Positions 20,801 to 29,032 of a stretch of DNA of 64,000 bases are shown one piece after another; the first letter of the stretch is position 1, and each line of letters opens with the position of its first letter. The stretch is from Syntrophales bacterium (lineage in GTDB: Bacteria; Desulfobacterota; Syntrophia; Syntrophales; UBA2210). Below the pieces are notes generated by a model. That model ran no database searches and was not told where the DNA came from. It saw nothing but the letters and a program-made list of their open reading frames with translations. The stretch spans positions 672,001-736,000 of the forward strand of contig CAXXNF010000001.1 of assembly GCA_963666365.2 (NCBI GenBank). The letters are read 5' to 3'. Made by a program: the position numbers and the translations under genes.

Positions 20801-23443
20801 TTAAGGCCGACAGAAACGGTCACGGTCATCAATAATGATGGACTGGATACGTACAGGTTTACCGACAATGGGACGTTTACGTTCTCTTTCGAAGATGAAG
20901 CCGGCAACGCCGGCACGGCAGTAGCCGCCGTTGACTGGATCGACAGAACGCCACCGGCGGCATCAATCGAATACTCGCCCGCGTCGTCCACATTCCAGAA
21001 TGTCGAAGCAACTATCACGTTGAGTGACGGCATCGTCACAAGCGACGGCGGGGCCACACACATCTTCACCGATAATGGCGCCTGGACATTTACCTATGAG
21101 GATATCGCCGGTAATGCAGGCACTGCAGAAGCGACAGTGGACTGGATCGACAGAACGGCGCCCGCGGCGACCATCGTCTATTCGCCCGCCACATCGACCA
21201 ATCAGAACGTCATCGCCACATTGCAGCCAAATGAAACGGTGGCCGTGACCAACAACGGCGGACTGGATACGTACACATTCGTCGGTAACGGAACATTTAC
21301 CTTCCAGTTTGAAGACGCGGCCGGAAATGCCGGAACGGCGGAGGCTGCGGTGGACTGGATCGACAGAACGCCGCCGACGGCAACCATCGTGTATTCAAAC
21401 ACCGATCTCACAAACCAGGATGTAGTCGCAACAATTTCTCTCAGTGACGGCACAGTGACCAGTGCAGGCGGCGACACACACATCTTCAGAGAAAACGGCG
21501 TCTGGACCTTTACTTTTGAAGACTCTGCCGGGAATACCGGCGCTGCGGATGCCATGGTTGACTGGATCGACAAAGAGGCACCGGCATACGAGATCAGCTA
21601 CACTCCTTCAACGCCGACCAACGGAGACACGGTGGTGGCAACCATCACACTAAGCGATGGCTCGGTAACCAGCGACGGCGGCGCCACGCACACCTTTACC
21701 GAAAACGGTACCTGGGTATTTGAATTTGCCGATGCCCTGGGTAACACGGGTACGGCGGAGGCGATGGTGGACTGGATCGACAGAACGCCTCCGACGGCAG
21801 AGATCTGGTATTTCACAACAGATCCTACCAATCAGGACGTAAGCGCCGGATTGCTGATTTCGGAGCCGGTAACGGTGACCAACAATGGAGGATCGGGCTT
21901 TTATATCTTTAAAGAAAACGGGACATTTGAATTTCAGTTTGTGGATGCGGCCGGAAATGCAGGTGCGGCAGTCGCGACGGTGGATTGGATCGACAAAGAG
22001 GCGCCGACCTGCGAAATCATCTACACACCTTCAACACCGACCAACGGAGACACGGTGGCGGCAACCATCACATTAAGCGATGGTTCGGTGACCAGCGACG
22101 GCGGCGCCACACACACCTTCACCGAAAACGGTACCTGGGTATTTGAATTCGCCGATGCCCTGGGTAACACTGGCACGGCCGTGGCGACGGTGGACTGGAT
22201 CGACAGGATGCCGCCGACAGCGTCCATTGTCTACTCTACCACCACTCTGACCAATAAGGATGTAACCGCCGCGCTACAGCCTTCCGAGCCGGTAGAGGTA
22301 ACCAATAATGGGGGATTGGACACGTATTCATTTGTCCAAAACGGAACCTTTACCTTTACTTTCAAAGACGCGGCGGGCAATACGGGTGAAGCCCCCGCTA
22401 CGGTGGACTGGATCGATAAAACGCCGCCGACGGCGACAGTCACATATTCTATCACCGAGCCGACCACCCAGAATGTTGTGGCAACCATCACATTAAGCGA
22501 TGGTGCGATCACAAGTGACGGCGGCGCCACGCACACCTTTACCGACAATGGTTCATGGACCTTTTTATTTGAAGATGCCCTCGGCAATACCGGCACGGTG
22601 GTGGCCGAGGTCAATTGGATAGACAAGGAGGCCCCGACCTGCACGATCAGCTATAATCCGGCGACGGCGACCAACCAGGATGTAGTCGCGACGATCGTCC
22701 TCAGTGACGGCACCGTAACGAGCGACGGCGGCGCCACTCACGTATTCACAAGAAATGGCGTGTGGACCTTTAATTTTACCGATGATCTGGGCAACGCAGG
22801 TACCGCAACCGCCGTCGTTGACTGGATCGACAAGACGCCGCCGACGGCAACTGTCAGTTACTCAACCGTAAGTCCGACCAACCAGGATGTCGTGGCGACC
22901 GTTACATTAAGCGACGGTTCGGTAACCAGCGACGGCGGCGCCACATATACCTTTAGAGAAAACGGTGCATGGACATTCGCCTATGAGGACGAAGCAGGCA
23001 ACAGTGGTACGGCAGTGGCAACCGTTGACTGGATCGACAAAACGCCACCGACGGCGACCGTCCTCTATTCTACCACCGATCCGACCAACCAGGATGTCGT
23101 TGCCACATTACAGCCCAGTGAAACGATAACTGTGTCCAATAATGGCGGATCGCTCAGTTACACCTTTACAGCAAACGGCACATTCACCTTTGAATTTAAA
23201 GATGAAGCCGGCAATGCAGGCGTCGCTACGGCAGAGGTACACAACATTGTGTTTCTTGCCGGTGACGTGGATGGCAATGGAGAGCTCGCACTCGCAGACG
23301 CAATACTTTCGATGCGCGCCTGCCTCGGAGCAGGTTCCAATGAAATGTATAATAAAAAGGCCGATGTGAACAACGATCAACGTATCGGCATTGAAGAAGT
23401 GATATTTATTCTGCGATCATTGGCATATGGTGAATTGCCATAG
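11876..23443 (+). CDS. Giant secreted multidomain surface protein (3855 aa)
   Basis: Signal peptide; two parallel beta-helix (NosD/CASH-like) regions; six DUF1566/Lcl-like domains (RFxDNGDGTxTDxLTGLMW...DWRLP); ASH-like Ig domain; InlB-B-like bacterial repeats; 14 Ig-like repeats; C-terminal dockerin-like domain. Confidence 0.88.
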   Translation: MTRTIINAFFISAVCLFCPLFLTQSTALSCAVTAQSVPYGVNSAGETTTADACLDNYPGLTFSQADLYILRHQLDSLRYNYEAYRSTMFQHFEMFQGASPYSNKVNLETLGPLYSEDYKKILQFASGSGSDPSAASLMEEAKEKINMEEIVATAGSELSEKLLEMAGVSIILMPLDKFKQCAQFLATATLDGLNGMMDNFYTGAAELYLFQAWEDSQGDEIYNPNYTLEENADQTARVINGMTNAINLIETANGQSSFSYSASVSENQAAWTALETALNNQKGLIATLDSKAQTTRGEYGLGRSVVWQWTSEALQAVDMDPLSDAGDVNGDGVTEMLADAILLAWKMELDSLRGTIDLQRELIDEYTVPELELLSFIDPNPDSEIDRYPVSDHGNLPAYTHALPNAPDWTVGPSGCDFTTIQAAVAAASPGDAIMVSPKENNAYYQESVIIDKEGVILYGDPAARPFIGTSDGTPPLPFGIEIAADNVTVSNLIIQRTVRGIIVKGNGAAVVNNLIQWTIYGILVEECHDGLFAGNIVDEAVGRAIRLERGAGNTLYYNSFNLKSDVAGTACAYSSGVNTWDDGVDTGNFWSDYDGSGIYPIADGREKDDRVYGAAAVTPGATLTAKTLVRGAMGDDTIEVDFYFGNPDNGGILLNASPVLAEIRGNYAVAVYEWDTAGFLGTQDIHVRIHGAGDGVTEKVRVFPSGLWPSSAATLFVTGLHLEPGDDLTLFNAIHWIDSPYESPGITVPDGASLSLSGVIFSVLENLAVSVAAEGAFFSHNDVNWNTDVDLFHRGERLLEEGFAPVVSNTSLNLEHNVINLRGCGNIDWQGRDFTGYEITLSNLTDLRMENVTADAVTITDCTFGASAPGTITNAHIPLITLRNSDSFHITDSVFGGNGRIVLEQGIDNLQISGNTFTDIEGYAISGTAVTAGNLLVESNTFDNCFGCFSLSLASDTTGINFQENDITGLATAGYAGVYLNASTLLNNRDLTITGNTFVNSSAHTVKAVHLVNLDGGTIKNNTFTYVDYGLYLQGCRNITATVNRFLEGSNGYDSSGSTNNRWYENRLGNYWSGFRCETPNEANLQVFSCPYVNGFGVNDPYPLIRDRLIESVVAVPTTGRTEETSSGISWPNPRFEIQHDGNVVLDRLTGLMWCAEGNAIGDFCPGFDTDDVEGDGKITWARALNFINYVNSGNCGEISAGYTDWRLPNMNELESLWNTSSLTIKDFLDNAGFSNMQSGRYWSSTTHYPDGFAYTVDFTTGEIVIEYWNNCTYSLMVRGGADGGTDPAYPANIAQTGQITSHMNGDDGDLQRGIAWPSDRFVDNGDGTVTDVLTGLMWFAETGRSYTWQEIPAVMEALNNGTYLFDTNRGYSDWRLPSVQELLSLDCYFNVYPEGYLYPNGGIPDSVLLDYVWSATTRPDDTSKAYVMNLGDGQLISENKLDPHLAFIRFIPVRGGLYRPAAATRLHMTPEALDFGAVAMLGSQTELLEVRNDGINSAAIFLVSLIGEHADSFSLLSEPMPHSLIPGGGSDTIEVVFNPTSPGEKQARLIIYSDDPITLWDEIPLRGTSTEHTVSIGFQGNGSGVIEAHSHYDNQTYSFSESGTLQVVPGTDVTFTATPAAGSHFDCWTGLPEDVSRSNPITVRINADTTVTATFALDTFTVRGSVATAGGAISPSGSVTVDYGQDQAFTFAADPHYFLSDVRVDGASVGTPDAYTFENISGDHSITADFTLIPYSVAASAGNGGAISPSGTLEMNVTQEQIFAITPEPGYAISDLLVDGVSQGAVSSYTLSNPEENHTIEAVFETIEYAVSITHSGLGTIDPAGPLTMTVEDTQTLLFTPDAYYWYVQDVLVNGQSQGASDVYEIAGVTENLDIQVIFETDWHRFEATAGEGGTVLPIGEYYVAPGETRRVIITPDDGYLIADVVVDGVSLGVIDRYTFTNVDAVHSIEASFVAHDPLPLSLPRTGADISWYEGDDGDLQEGIEWPDPRFTDNGDGTITDNLTGLIWLKDSAALGAHSWENALVAIETLNTSPQSIAPTGYDGDYPDWRMPNQFELLSLFVNAGEGDLTAWLARAGFTCGSSIWSSTTAQSYFLPAFYVESGTSGFTYLTANKTDVKGILAVRGTSTGPFTVPKTGQTISYAPGDDGDLQKGATWPSPRFVDNGDGTVTDQLTNLMWLKTANPLKSYNTPSLGDSDGCANWHNSLLFINKLNDGDYSEKTDLFDDWHLPNAWEFLSLYNPSQSVPVFAERPFTETSGSTGTVPRDDLYWTGTISPVDGDFGGRVLTKIDGSNYQRSYYEWNELSTAAAVAWVVRDASKVTVHTCVSGNGSVSPSGDIRVDIDGNQTFTIAADRGYEIADVIVDGVSVGAVNSYTFENLTEPHTLEVQFAPLTYTITTGVTGNGSILPEGNQAVEYGQSLRLTFTPDYGSVVADVLVDGLSVGNSSYYIFDSVTEHHDVAVVFEEMSGQRAEAPATGQTISYAAGDDGAHQSGVVWPEPRFVDNGDGTITDMLTGLMWLKHANLGTLERGWSHTWNGALAEVAAFNSDPASFAREEYTADYTDWRLPSIVELSSILRNAGVSDIKTWLEDAGFLYVPSGNSWTSTTLTLGPTTYAYYAAIYSNSGLDEVGYHDVSQSFYTWPVRGTASGAIYLPSTGQTVSYADGDDGNLKKGLAWPEPRFIDNGNGTITDELTGLMWLKNADLASGEVEWSSALNTVAGINNGSISGACGYRDWRLPTLAEQMSLIDWSAAYPPLPAGHPFVNLQLAEYWTSTTDASSDISAYIVDSRFAEIHNYPKTGSYYSDNYVMAVRNTYYTITYSPPTLTNRDVTAAITFSDETLTVTSEGGAAHVFTENGTWDFTFEDGESATGTVTATVDWIDKAPPTATIAYSTTDTTNQDVVATITLSDGSVTSEGGATHTFTENGDWTFTFEDDLGNSGTASATVNWIDKAPPTATIAYSTVYSTNQDVTATLRPTETVTVINNDGLDTYRFTDNGTFTFSFEDEAGNAGTAVAAVDWIDRTPPAASIEYSPASSTFQNVEATITLSDGIVTSDGGATHIFTDNGAWTFTYEDIAGNAGTAEATVDWIDRTAPAATIVYSPATSTNQNVIATLQPNETVAVTNNGGLDTYTFVGNGTFTFQFEDAAGNAGTAEAAVDWIDRTPPTATIVYSNTDLTNQDVVATISLSDGTVTSAGGDTHIFRENGVWTFTFEDSAGNTGAADAMVDWIDKEAPAYEISYTPSTPTNGDTVVATITLSDGSVTSDGGATHTFTENGTWVFEFADALGNTGTAEAMVDWIDRTPPTAEIWYFTTDPTNQDVSAGLLISEPVTVTNNGGSGFYIFKENGTFEFQFVDAAGNAGAAVATVDWIDKEAPTCEIIYTPSTPTNGDTVAATITLSDGSVTSDGGATHTFTENGTWVFEFADALGNTGTAVATVDWIDRMPPTASIVYSTTTLTNKDVTAALQPSEPVEVTNNGGLDTYSFVQNGTFTFTFKDAAGNTGEAPATVDWIDKTPPTATVTYSITEPTTQNVVATITLSDGAITSDGGATHTFTDNGSWTFLFEDALGNTGTVVAEVNWIDKEAPTCTISYNPATATNQDVVATIVLSDGTVTSDGGATHVFTRNGVWTFNFTDDLGNAGTATAVVDWIDKTPPTATVSYSTVSPTNQDVVATVTLSDGSVTSDGGATYTFRENGAWTFAYEDEAGNSGTAVATVDWIDKTPPTATVLYSTTDPTNQDVVATLQPSETITVSNNGGSLSYTFTANGTFTFEFKDEAGNAGVATAEVHNIVFLAGDVDGNGELALADAILSMRACLGAGSNEMYNKKADVNNDQRIGIEEVIFILRSLAYGELP
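20325..23249 (+). repeat. 14 tandem 69-71 aa Ig-like repeats (207/210/213 bp period)
   Basis: Units end in V(D/N)WID(K/R); two subtypes, ITLSDG..GGATHTF and LQPxE.V..NNGG. Confidence 0.9.
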
Positions 23444-23492
23444 TGCGGCCTTCACTGCCTTTATCGCAGGCGGTTTCCTTTTGCGGCCCTGT

Positions 23493-23516
23493 CTGTTGCT
23501 GCAACAGGATTTTTTT
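23493..23516 (+). terminator. Possible intrinsic terminator
   Basis: CTGTTG-CTG-CAACAG followed by a T7 run. Confidence 0.35.
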
Positions 23517-23564
23517 CACTGTTGGAGATCACACCGCGGCGACACATTGAATTACTGAAAAACC

Positions 23565-24317
23565 ATGCTAAAAGAAGAAACAGTCGATGAAATTCTTGAG
23601 GGGAGCCTGAAAATCCGACAGAGCAGGCGCGGATACCGGTTCAACCTTGATTCGCTGATCCTTGCGCACTTTGTGACGGCGAAACCCCGCAGTGTGAATC
23701 TCGATATCGGCTGCGGGAACGGCGTGATCGCGCTGGTGCTGGCCAGGCGCTTTCCGGAATCTCGCTGGCACGGGCTGGAACTTCAGCCGGCCCTTGCGGA
23801 ACTTGCGAAAAAAAATGCGGAAGACAATGGCCTGGACCGCCGCGTGACGATCGATCAGGCCGACGCAGGGGATATCAAAAATATATATGCCGCGCGGACC
23901 TTTGACAATGTAGTGTTCAATCCTCCTTATAGAAAAATCAATTCGGGCCGCATTAATCCTCTGGCCCAGAAGGCAATCGCCCGTCACGAGATTCATGGAT
24001 CGCTTGCGCTGTTTCTCGAGGCGGCCCGACATGCGTTAAACCCGACAGGTCGCGTATTCACGATCTATCCCGCCTCCAGGATGGTTACACTGATCACGCA
24101 TTTCCGCACCAGTGGAATTGAACCGAAGAGAATGAAACTGGTATTTTCCGATGCGGAATCAGTGGCTCAGTTCGTTGTGGTGGAAGGTCGAAGAGGATCG
24201 CGTGAAGAGTTAAAGATGGAGCCGCCTCTCTATATCTATGAAAGGGGCAGGGCCTATACGGAGGCGATGAAGCGGATTTTCACCGACCTGACCTTTTACC
24301 CGACCGCCGGCGGATGA
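23565..24317 (+). CDS. tRNA1(Val) adenine(37)-N6 methyltransferase family (YfiC/TrmM-like)
   Basis: QSRRGYRFNLDSLILA, LDIGCGNG, NPPY, IARHEI. Confidence 0.85.
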   Translation: MLKEETVDEILEGSLKIRQSRRGYRFNLDSLILAHFVTAKPRSVNLDIGCGNGVIALVLARRFPESRWHGLELQPALAELAKKNAEDNGLDRRVTIDQADAGDIKNIYAARTFDNVVFNPPYRKINSGRINPLAQKAIARHEIHGSLALFLEAARHALNPTGRVFTIYPASRMVTLITHFRTSGIEPKRMKLVFSDAESVAQFVVVEGRRGSREELKMEPPLYIYERGRAYTEAMKRIFTDLTFYPTAGG

Positions 24318-24459
24318 TGCCTTTTTTATACCCGTGCATGAAGTGTTCGCTGAAGAACAAATGAATTTCATTTTCCAGAGTTACTGTTTACATACCCGGC
24401 CTTATCGTGGTTCTATCCTTTGACGGCTCATATACCCGATAGTTCCGGCATACACACAA

Positions 24460-24486
24460 GGGGCCATATCCGGCAGATATGGCCCC
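24460..24486. terminator. Perfect GC-rich hairpin between convergent genes
   Basis: GGGGCCATATC-CGGCA-GATATGGCCCC (11-bp stem). Confidence 0.55.
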
Positions 24487-24632
24487 AGTCATTACGCAGT
24501 ACGTCTGTTGTTTCTCTTCAGGAAAACCAGTGCGCAAGATTTGCCCCTCCCCGGCTTTTCGCGCCCTCCAGAGGATCTCCTCTCCTGCAGACCGGGGAAA
24601 AATCTGTCCTTGTCTCGCTGCCCTGCCCTATC

Positions 24633-25040
24633 CTAAGCAAATGCCGTCACAAGGGCTGCCCGGCATATGGATACATCTTCCTCGGGCGTTCCCCCGCTCA
24701 CCCCGATCGCGCCTATGACCCGGTCGCCGGCCGTAATGGGCAACCCGCCGGGAATAGTCGTCAGGCGATCATTCCAGTTCTGGGTATTAAATCCATAGCC
24801 CGGGGTTGAGGGATCACCGAACTGCCCGATATCCGCACTCGGCATCCTGAATGTAGAAGCCGTCCACGCCTTATCCCGGGCGATATCAACGGTCGGAATC
24901 GGCGCACAGTCCATCCGGTGGAGGGCGACCAAAAATCCCCTGTCATCAACAACGGCGACACTGCACAACCGATCCATTTCCCGGGCCTGCTCGATCGCAG
25001 CCCGAATCACCTTCTTGGCTAACTCTATATTCATCACCAT
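24633..25040 (-). CDS. GlcG/HbpS-family heme-binding protein
   Basis: VAVVDDRG, RMD, IARDKAWTA, GGLPI, IGAIGVSGG. Confidence 0.88.
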   Translation of the reverse strand: MVMNIELAKKVIRAAIEQAREMDRLCSVAVVDDRGFLVALHRMDCAPIPTVDIARDKAWTASTFRMPSADIGQFGDPSTPGYGFNTQNWNDRLTTIPGGLPITAGDRVIGAIGVSGGTPEEDVSICRAALVTAFA

Positions 25041-25076
25041 AGTACTGGCCCTCTCAATGTCTCGTTTTTCGCTCGG

Positions 25077-25529
25077 CTAATCGTATTCTTCGTAGATGGC
25101 GGCATACCCGGCCTGCACAACGGTAGTGTCGCTTATTTCACCGACGCCGTCAGGAACGCCGCTGCAGCCGATCCCACCGATCACCTTCATCTCTTCATCC
25201 CTGATCGGATTGCCGCCGGGGATAAACATAATACGGAGTTTCGCCTGTGTCAGCAGTCCAAGTCCACCGCTGCCCGGTGTGGGGCCCGCCATGCGCGGGT
25301 CGATCATTCGCGCCAGCATCAGGGTAGGCGCGGTTGAATACACCGCCGAAAAGGCCTTGTTGATAGAAATATCGGTGGTCATCGGCCCGGCGCCGTCCAT
25401 TCGATGCACGGCAATAACCGCTCCTGCGTTATCAACGACCGCGATACTGCTCGGATAGCCGCAGAGAGTGGCCCACCGCTCAGCAGCATCGAGCATCTTC
25501 TCAGCCATTTCCAGAGTTACTTCTTTCAT
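25077..25529 (-). CDS. GlcG/HbpS-family heme-binding protein (second paralog)
   Basis: IAVVDNAG, RMDGA, NKAFSA, GGNPI, IGGIGCSG. Confidence 0.85.
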   Translation of the reverse strand: MKEVTLEMAEKMLDAAERWATLCGYPSSIAVVDNAGAVIAVHRMDGAGPMTTDISINKAFSAVYSTAPTLMLARMIDPRMAGPTPGSGGLGLLTQAKLRIMFIPGGNPIRDEEMKVIGGIGCSGVPDGVGEISDTTVVQAGYAAIYEEYD

Positions 25530-25643
25530 GAGACCATTACCCCCTCATTGTTTCGCTGTTATCAAAAGCATTTCCTGTTTTCGTTGCGTCACTCCGTCGG
25601 CGCCCCCAGGGGCGCCTTTGCCTGCCGACGTTATCCTTTTCGG

Positions 25644-26012
25644 CTAGGAAAGCAGATCGCTGCTCGCCACGATATCGACGCCGGTACCGAGAAGATCGGG
25701 AATAACGACCTCTCCCATCTTCAGGGGGGGCTTCGCTTTTACCCCGGCTATTACCTGCATGCCTTCCATCTGTTTTGTCTTCAATATCGGCTTGCTGGTC
25801 CTTACCGCCAGCAGGGGGTAGGTACTGCCTTCGGTCAGAACGGTAGCCGTCAAGGTACGGACCGGGTTTTGATATTCTTCCAGTACATACTTCTTGCCTT
25901 CCTTGCATTTATTTCCGGTAAATTCCTGCACATCGCCTTTGTTGTCGATGGTCAGCGTGACCGCACATCCCAAGGGACAACCGATGCAGATGAATGTCTT
26001 TTTCTGTGCCAC
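25644..26012 (-). CDS. DUF1667 family CxxC metal-binding protein
   Basis: CIGCPLGC, GNKCKEG, NPVRTLTATV. Confidence 0.85.
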   Translation of the reverse strand: MAQKKTFICIGCPLGCAVTLTIDNKGDVQEFTGNKCKEGKKYVLEEYQNPVRTLTATVLTEGSTYPLLAVRTSKPILKTKQMEGMQVIAGVKAKPPLKMGEVVIPDLLGTGVDIVASSDLLS

Positions 26013-26013
26013 C

Positions 26014-27273
26014 TTACTTCCCTCCCCTCTTCTCGCAGTCTATGACCAGTTCTCCTGTACCTTCTTTCAGTTTCTTCAGCTTCTCTGCGGACAGCTCAAT
26101 TTTCAGCATCTCACTGGGTTTGACCGCCTTTATCGCTTTGGTCATAATATCGCCTATTTTGATCCTGACAGTCTCTTCCGGCTCTGCAACCCTCATATAG
26201 AGGGTGGTGTCTCTTGTACCGCTTATGGTCTGGGGCACAACGTATCTGATGTTTCTTCCCGCCGTGACCTTGATCTTTCCTCTTCCTTCCTGTGTTCCTT
26301 CCATTGCAAACCGGGCGGCACTCTCGCCCGCCAGCTCGCTCTCCCAGGAAACGTTATCAACAAGGTCGTGGACATGAAGGACATTTCCCCCTGCAAATAC
26401 ACCGTTAATATTCGTCTGTCTCGTCTCATCGACAAGGGCCCCTCCGGTCACCGGGTCCAGTTGCACTCCCGCCATGATGGACAGTTCGTTTTCCGGAATG
26501 AGACCGACCGACAGAAGGAGCGTATCACATTCAATCGTCCTCTCGGTGCCGGGGATCGGCGCCCTGTTGCCGTTGACCTGTGCCACGGTCACGGCCTCCA
26601 CCCGCTCTTCGCCATAAATCTGCGTCACGGTGTGGTTGAGAAATAACGGGATATCAAAATCATGGAGGCACTGCACCTCATTCCTGATCAAACCGCCTAT
26701 GTAGGGGAGTATCTCCACCACCGCCTCTACTCGCGCCCCTTCCAGGGTCATACGGCGGGCCATGATCATCCCGATATCCCCCGACCCCAATATCACCACC
26801 CTTTTCCCCGGGATAAACCCTTCAACATTGACATACCGCTGGGCGGTGCCGGCAGTGAGCACGCCGCCCGGCCTCGAGCCGGGGATATTCAACGCCCCGC
26901 GGCTCCGCTCGCGGCATCCCATGGCCAGCACGACCGACTTCGGTCTGAAGCTGATAAACCCCTCCCGTGTATTCACCGCACCGATCTGACGGTCCTTGCC
27001 AAGCCTGACGACCATGGTTTCCAGGAGCGGCGTAACACCGGTATCCATGACTTTCTCGATAAAGCGATGACCGTACTCCGGACCCGTGAGATCCTGATTA
27101 AAGTAGAGCACCCCGAACCCGTTGTGTACGCACTGATGCAACAATCCTCCCAACTCTTCCGCCCGCTCCATCAGAACGACACGCTCCGCCCCCGCTTCCT
27201 TCGCCCTGATCGCGGCGGCCATTCCGGCCGGTCCGGCGCCTATCACGGCTACATCTATGTCTTTGAGCTTCAT
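26014..27273 (-). CDS. NAD(P)/FAD-dependent oxidoreductase
   Basis: GAGPAG, QCVHNGFG, AMGCRER, GSGDIG, GNVLHVHDLVD. Confidence 0.9.
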   Translation of the reverse strand: MKLKDIDVAVIGAGPAGMAAAIRAKEAGAERVVLMERAEELGGLLHQCVHNGFGVLYFNQDLTGPEYGHRFIEKVMDTGVTPLLETMVVRLGKDRQIGAVNTREGFISFRPKSVVLAMGCRERSRGALNIPGSRPGGVLTAGTAQRYVNVEGFIPGKRVVILGSGDIGMIMARRMTLEGARVEAVVEILPYIGGLIRNEVQCLHDFDIPLFLNHTVTQIYGEERVEAVTVAQVNGNRAPIPGTERTIECDTLLLSVGLIPENELSIMAGVQLDPVTGGALVDETRQTNINGVFAGGNVLHVHDLVDNVSWESELAGESAARFAMEGTQEGRGKIKVTAGRNIRYVVPQTISGTRDTTLYMRVAEPEETVRIKIGDIMTKAIKAVKPSEMLKIELSAEKLKKLKEGTGELVIDCEKRGGK

Positions 27274-28757
27274 CGTTGCGCCTCCAGTAATTCCTTGCTT
27301 TTGTACTTGAGATGCCGGGATTCCCCGCCCTTTTTCGTCACTTCTTCCTCAGGAATACCCAGTTCCCGTGACAGAATCTTGGTTATTCGCGGGCCGCAGA
27401 ACCCACCCTGACAGCGCCCCATACCCGGCCTGCACCTGAACTTCACCCCGTCAAGGGTTCTGGCGCCCCGCCTGATTGCCTCGACGATTTCACCCTCGGT
27501 CACCGTCTCACAGCGACAGACTACATGCCCGTACCGTGGATCCTTGGCAATAAGCCGGCTTTTTTCCTTGTCGGAAAGCTCACTGAAATCGGGCAGCGCT
27601 TTTTCATATGGATCGAACTTCGGGTTTTCCTCCAAGGCCAACCCTTCCTTCTTCAGGATATCGATCATCTCCTTGCCAACCGCCGGCGCGGCACAGATCC
27701 CGGGGAACCCGATACTGGCATTAATAAAGCGAGGCACCCATCGCGACACACCGACGGTGCACTCATGCCACCCGACTTCAAAATTCCTGAACACGATAAA
27801 GCCGACAAAGGCGTTGATGATATCTTTCTCCGATATGGAAGGCACCAGCGCCCGGGCGTGCTTCAGTGCGGCATCGGCCAACTTTTGGTCGGTGGAGTGA
27901 TCATGGGCCCTCCCCAGCCGCTGCGTCCCCGGTGATATGCCGAAGAAAAGATTGCCGTGGATCGTGGGAGAAACCATGCCGTGTTTCGTCGAAAGGACCA
28001 TGTGATTGATCAGGCCGCCCACTTTCTTGTCCAGAACAGCCTGGTAGCTCTTGACCGGATACATGGCGAAATCGTCGGCATTGGCCATCCGCGCCACATC
28101 GTTCACATATTCCCCCGCCGCATTGATCAGATACCGGCACTTGATAGAGCCCTTATTCGTCTGCACTTCAAAATCATCGGTACCCACCGCTATGTCCAGC
28201 ACCTCGGTTCCCAGCAGGACGTTGATCCCGTTTTTTGCGGCATTGTCAACCAGGGCGATGGTGAGTCGAACAGGGTCATTTACTGCGATATTAGGATCAT
28301 AGACAGCGCCGGCATACTTCTTGTCGACATTCGGCTCCCATTCTCGAAGGGTATCCCTGTCGATAAACCGGAGCGGTTCTATGTCGGCAGGCAGATACTT
28401 GCCGTGCCAGTCATTGAATCGTCGCACCATCTTTTCAGGATGCTTCATCCCCGCCTGGTTCTCCACCAGCTCCAGCGACCCTATCTTCTTGAAGGGAATA
28501 TCCAGCTCCCGGCAGAGCGGCTCCATCATAGGCATGCCGGCCCAGACCAGCCGACTGTTATGGTACTCGGATCTGAACTCGAGGACATTCGCCCCCTGAC
28601 ACATGATGGTGGAGCTGTACTTGGTAATTCCCTGGCCGACATCCTCCCCCTTTTCAACCAGGGTCGCGTCAACCTTGTACCTGGACAGCTCCCTGGCTAT
28701 GGCAGCACCGCCGATCCCGCCTCCGATAATCAGCACCTCGGTTTGCAGCTGACTCAT
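27270..28757 (-). CDS. FAD-dependent oxidoreductase with C-terminal BFD-like [2Fe-2S] domain (GlpA/LhgO-like)
   Basis: GGGIGG, INAAG, VCRCETVTEGEI, GMGRCQGGFC. Confidence 0.88.
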   Translation of the reverse strand: MSQLQTEVLIIGGGIGGAAIARELSRYKVDATLVEKGEDVGQGITKYSSTIMCQGANVLEFRSEYHNSRLVWAGMPMMEPLCRELDIPFKKIGSLELVENQAGMKHPEKMVRRFNDWHGKYLPADIEPLRFIDRDTLREWEPNVDKKYAGAVYDPNIAVNDPVRLTIALVDNAAKNGINVLLGTEVLDIAVGTDDFEVQTNKGSIKCRYLINAAGEYVNDVARMANADDFAMYPVKSYQAVLDKKVGGLINHMVLSTKHGMVSPTIHGNLFFGISPGTQRLGRAHDHSTDQKLADAALKHARALVPSISEKDIINAFVGFIVFRNFEVGWHECTVGVSRWVPRFINASIGFPGICAAPAVGKEMIDILKKEGLALEENPKFDPYEKALPDFSELSDKEKSRLIAKDPRYGHVVCRCETVTEGEIVEAIRRGARTLDGVKFRCRPGMGRCQGGFCGPRITKILSRELGIPEEEVTKKGGESRHLKYKSKELLEAQR

Positions 28758-28869
28758 AATTGTGCCTCCCTTTCAGTTTGATTGACCACCTCGGACCCTC
28801 TTTTAACTACCTACGGGTTGTTGCCTGTCAATGATTTTTACTCGATGAAACGCCGGTTCCTGTGTCGGC

Positions 28870-28899
28870 AGTGTAGACGTCTATTATTCCATGTGTCAA
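28870..28899 (-). promoter_or_regulatory. Candidate sigma70 promoter of the oxidoreductase operon
   Basis: Minus strand TTGACA-18 nt-TACACT. Confidence 0.45.
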
Positions 28900-29032
28900 G
28901 AAAATATTGCCCATCACATATCTTTGAGGTCTGAAAAAAAATCTAGTCCGATGACAAAATCAGCAATTTAAAATAATTACAACTCGCAGGACAACGTGAT
29001 TGTTTTTTAATTCTGCCATCTCTTACCGGAAA

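Noticed and set aside
20325..23249. Regular repeats as a CRISPR array
   Set aside because: The period is 207-213 bp, in frame, degenerate at synonymous sites and inside a CDS; no cas genes are present.
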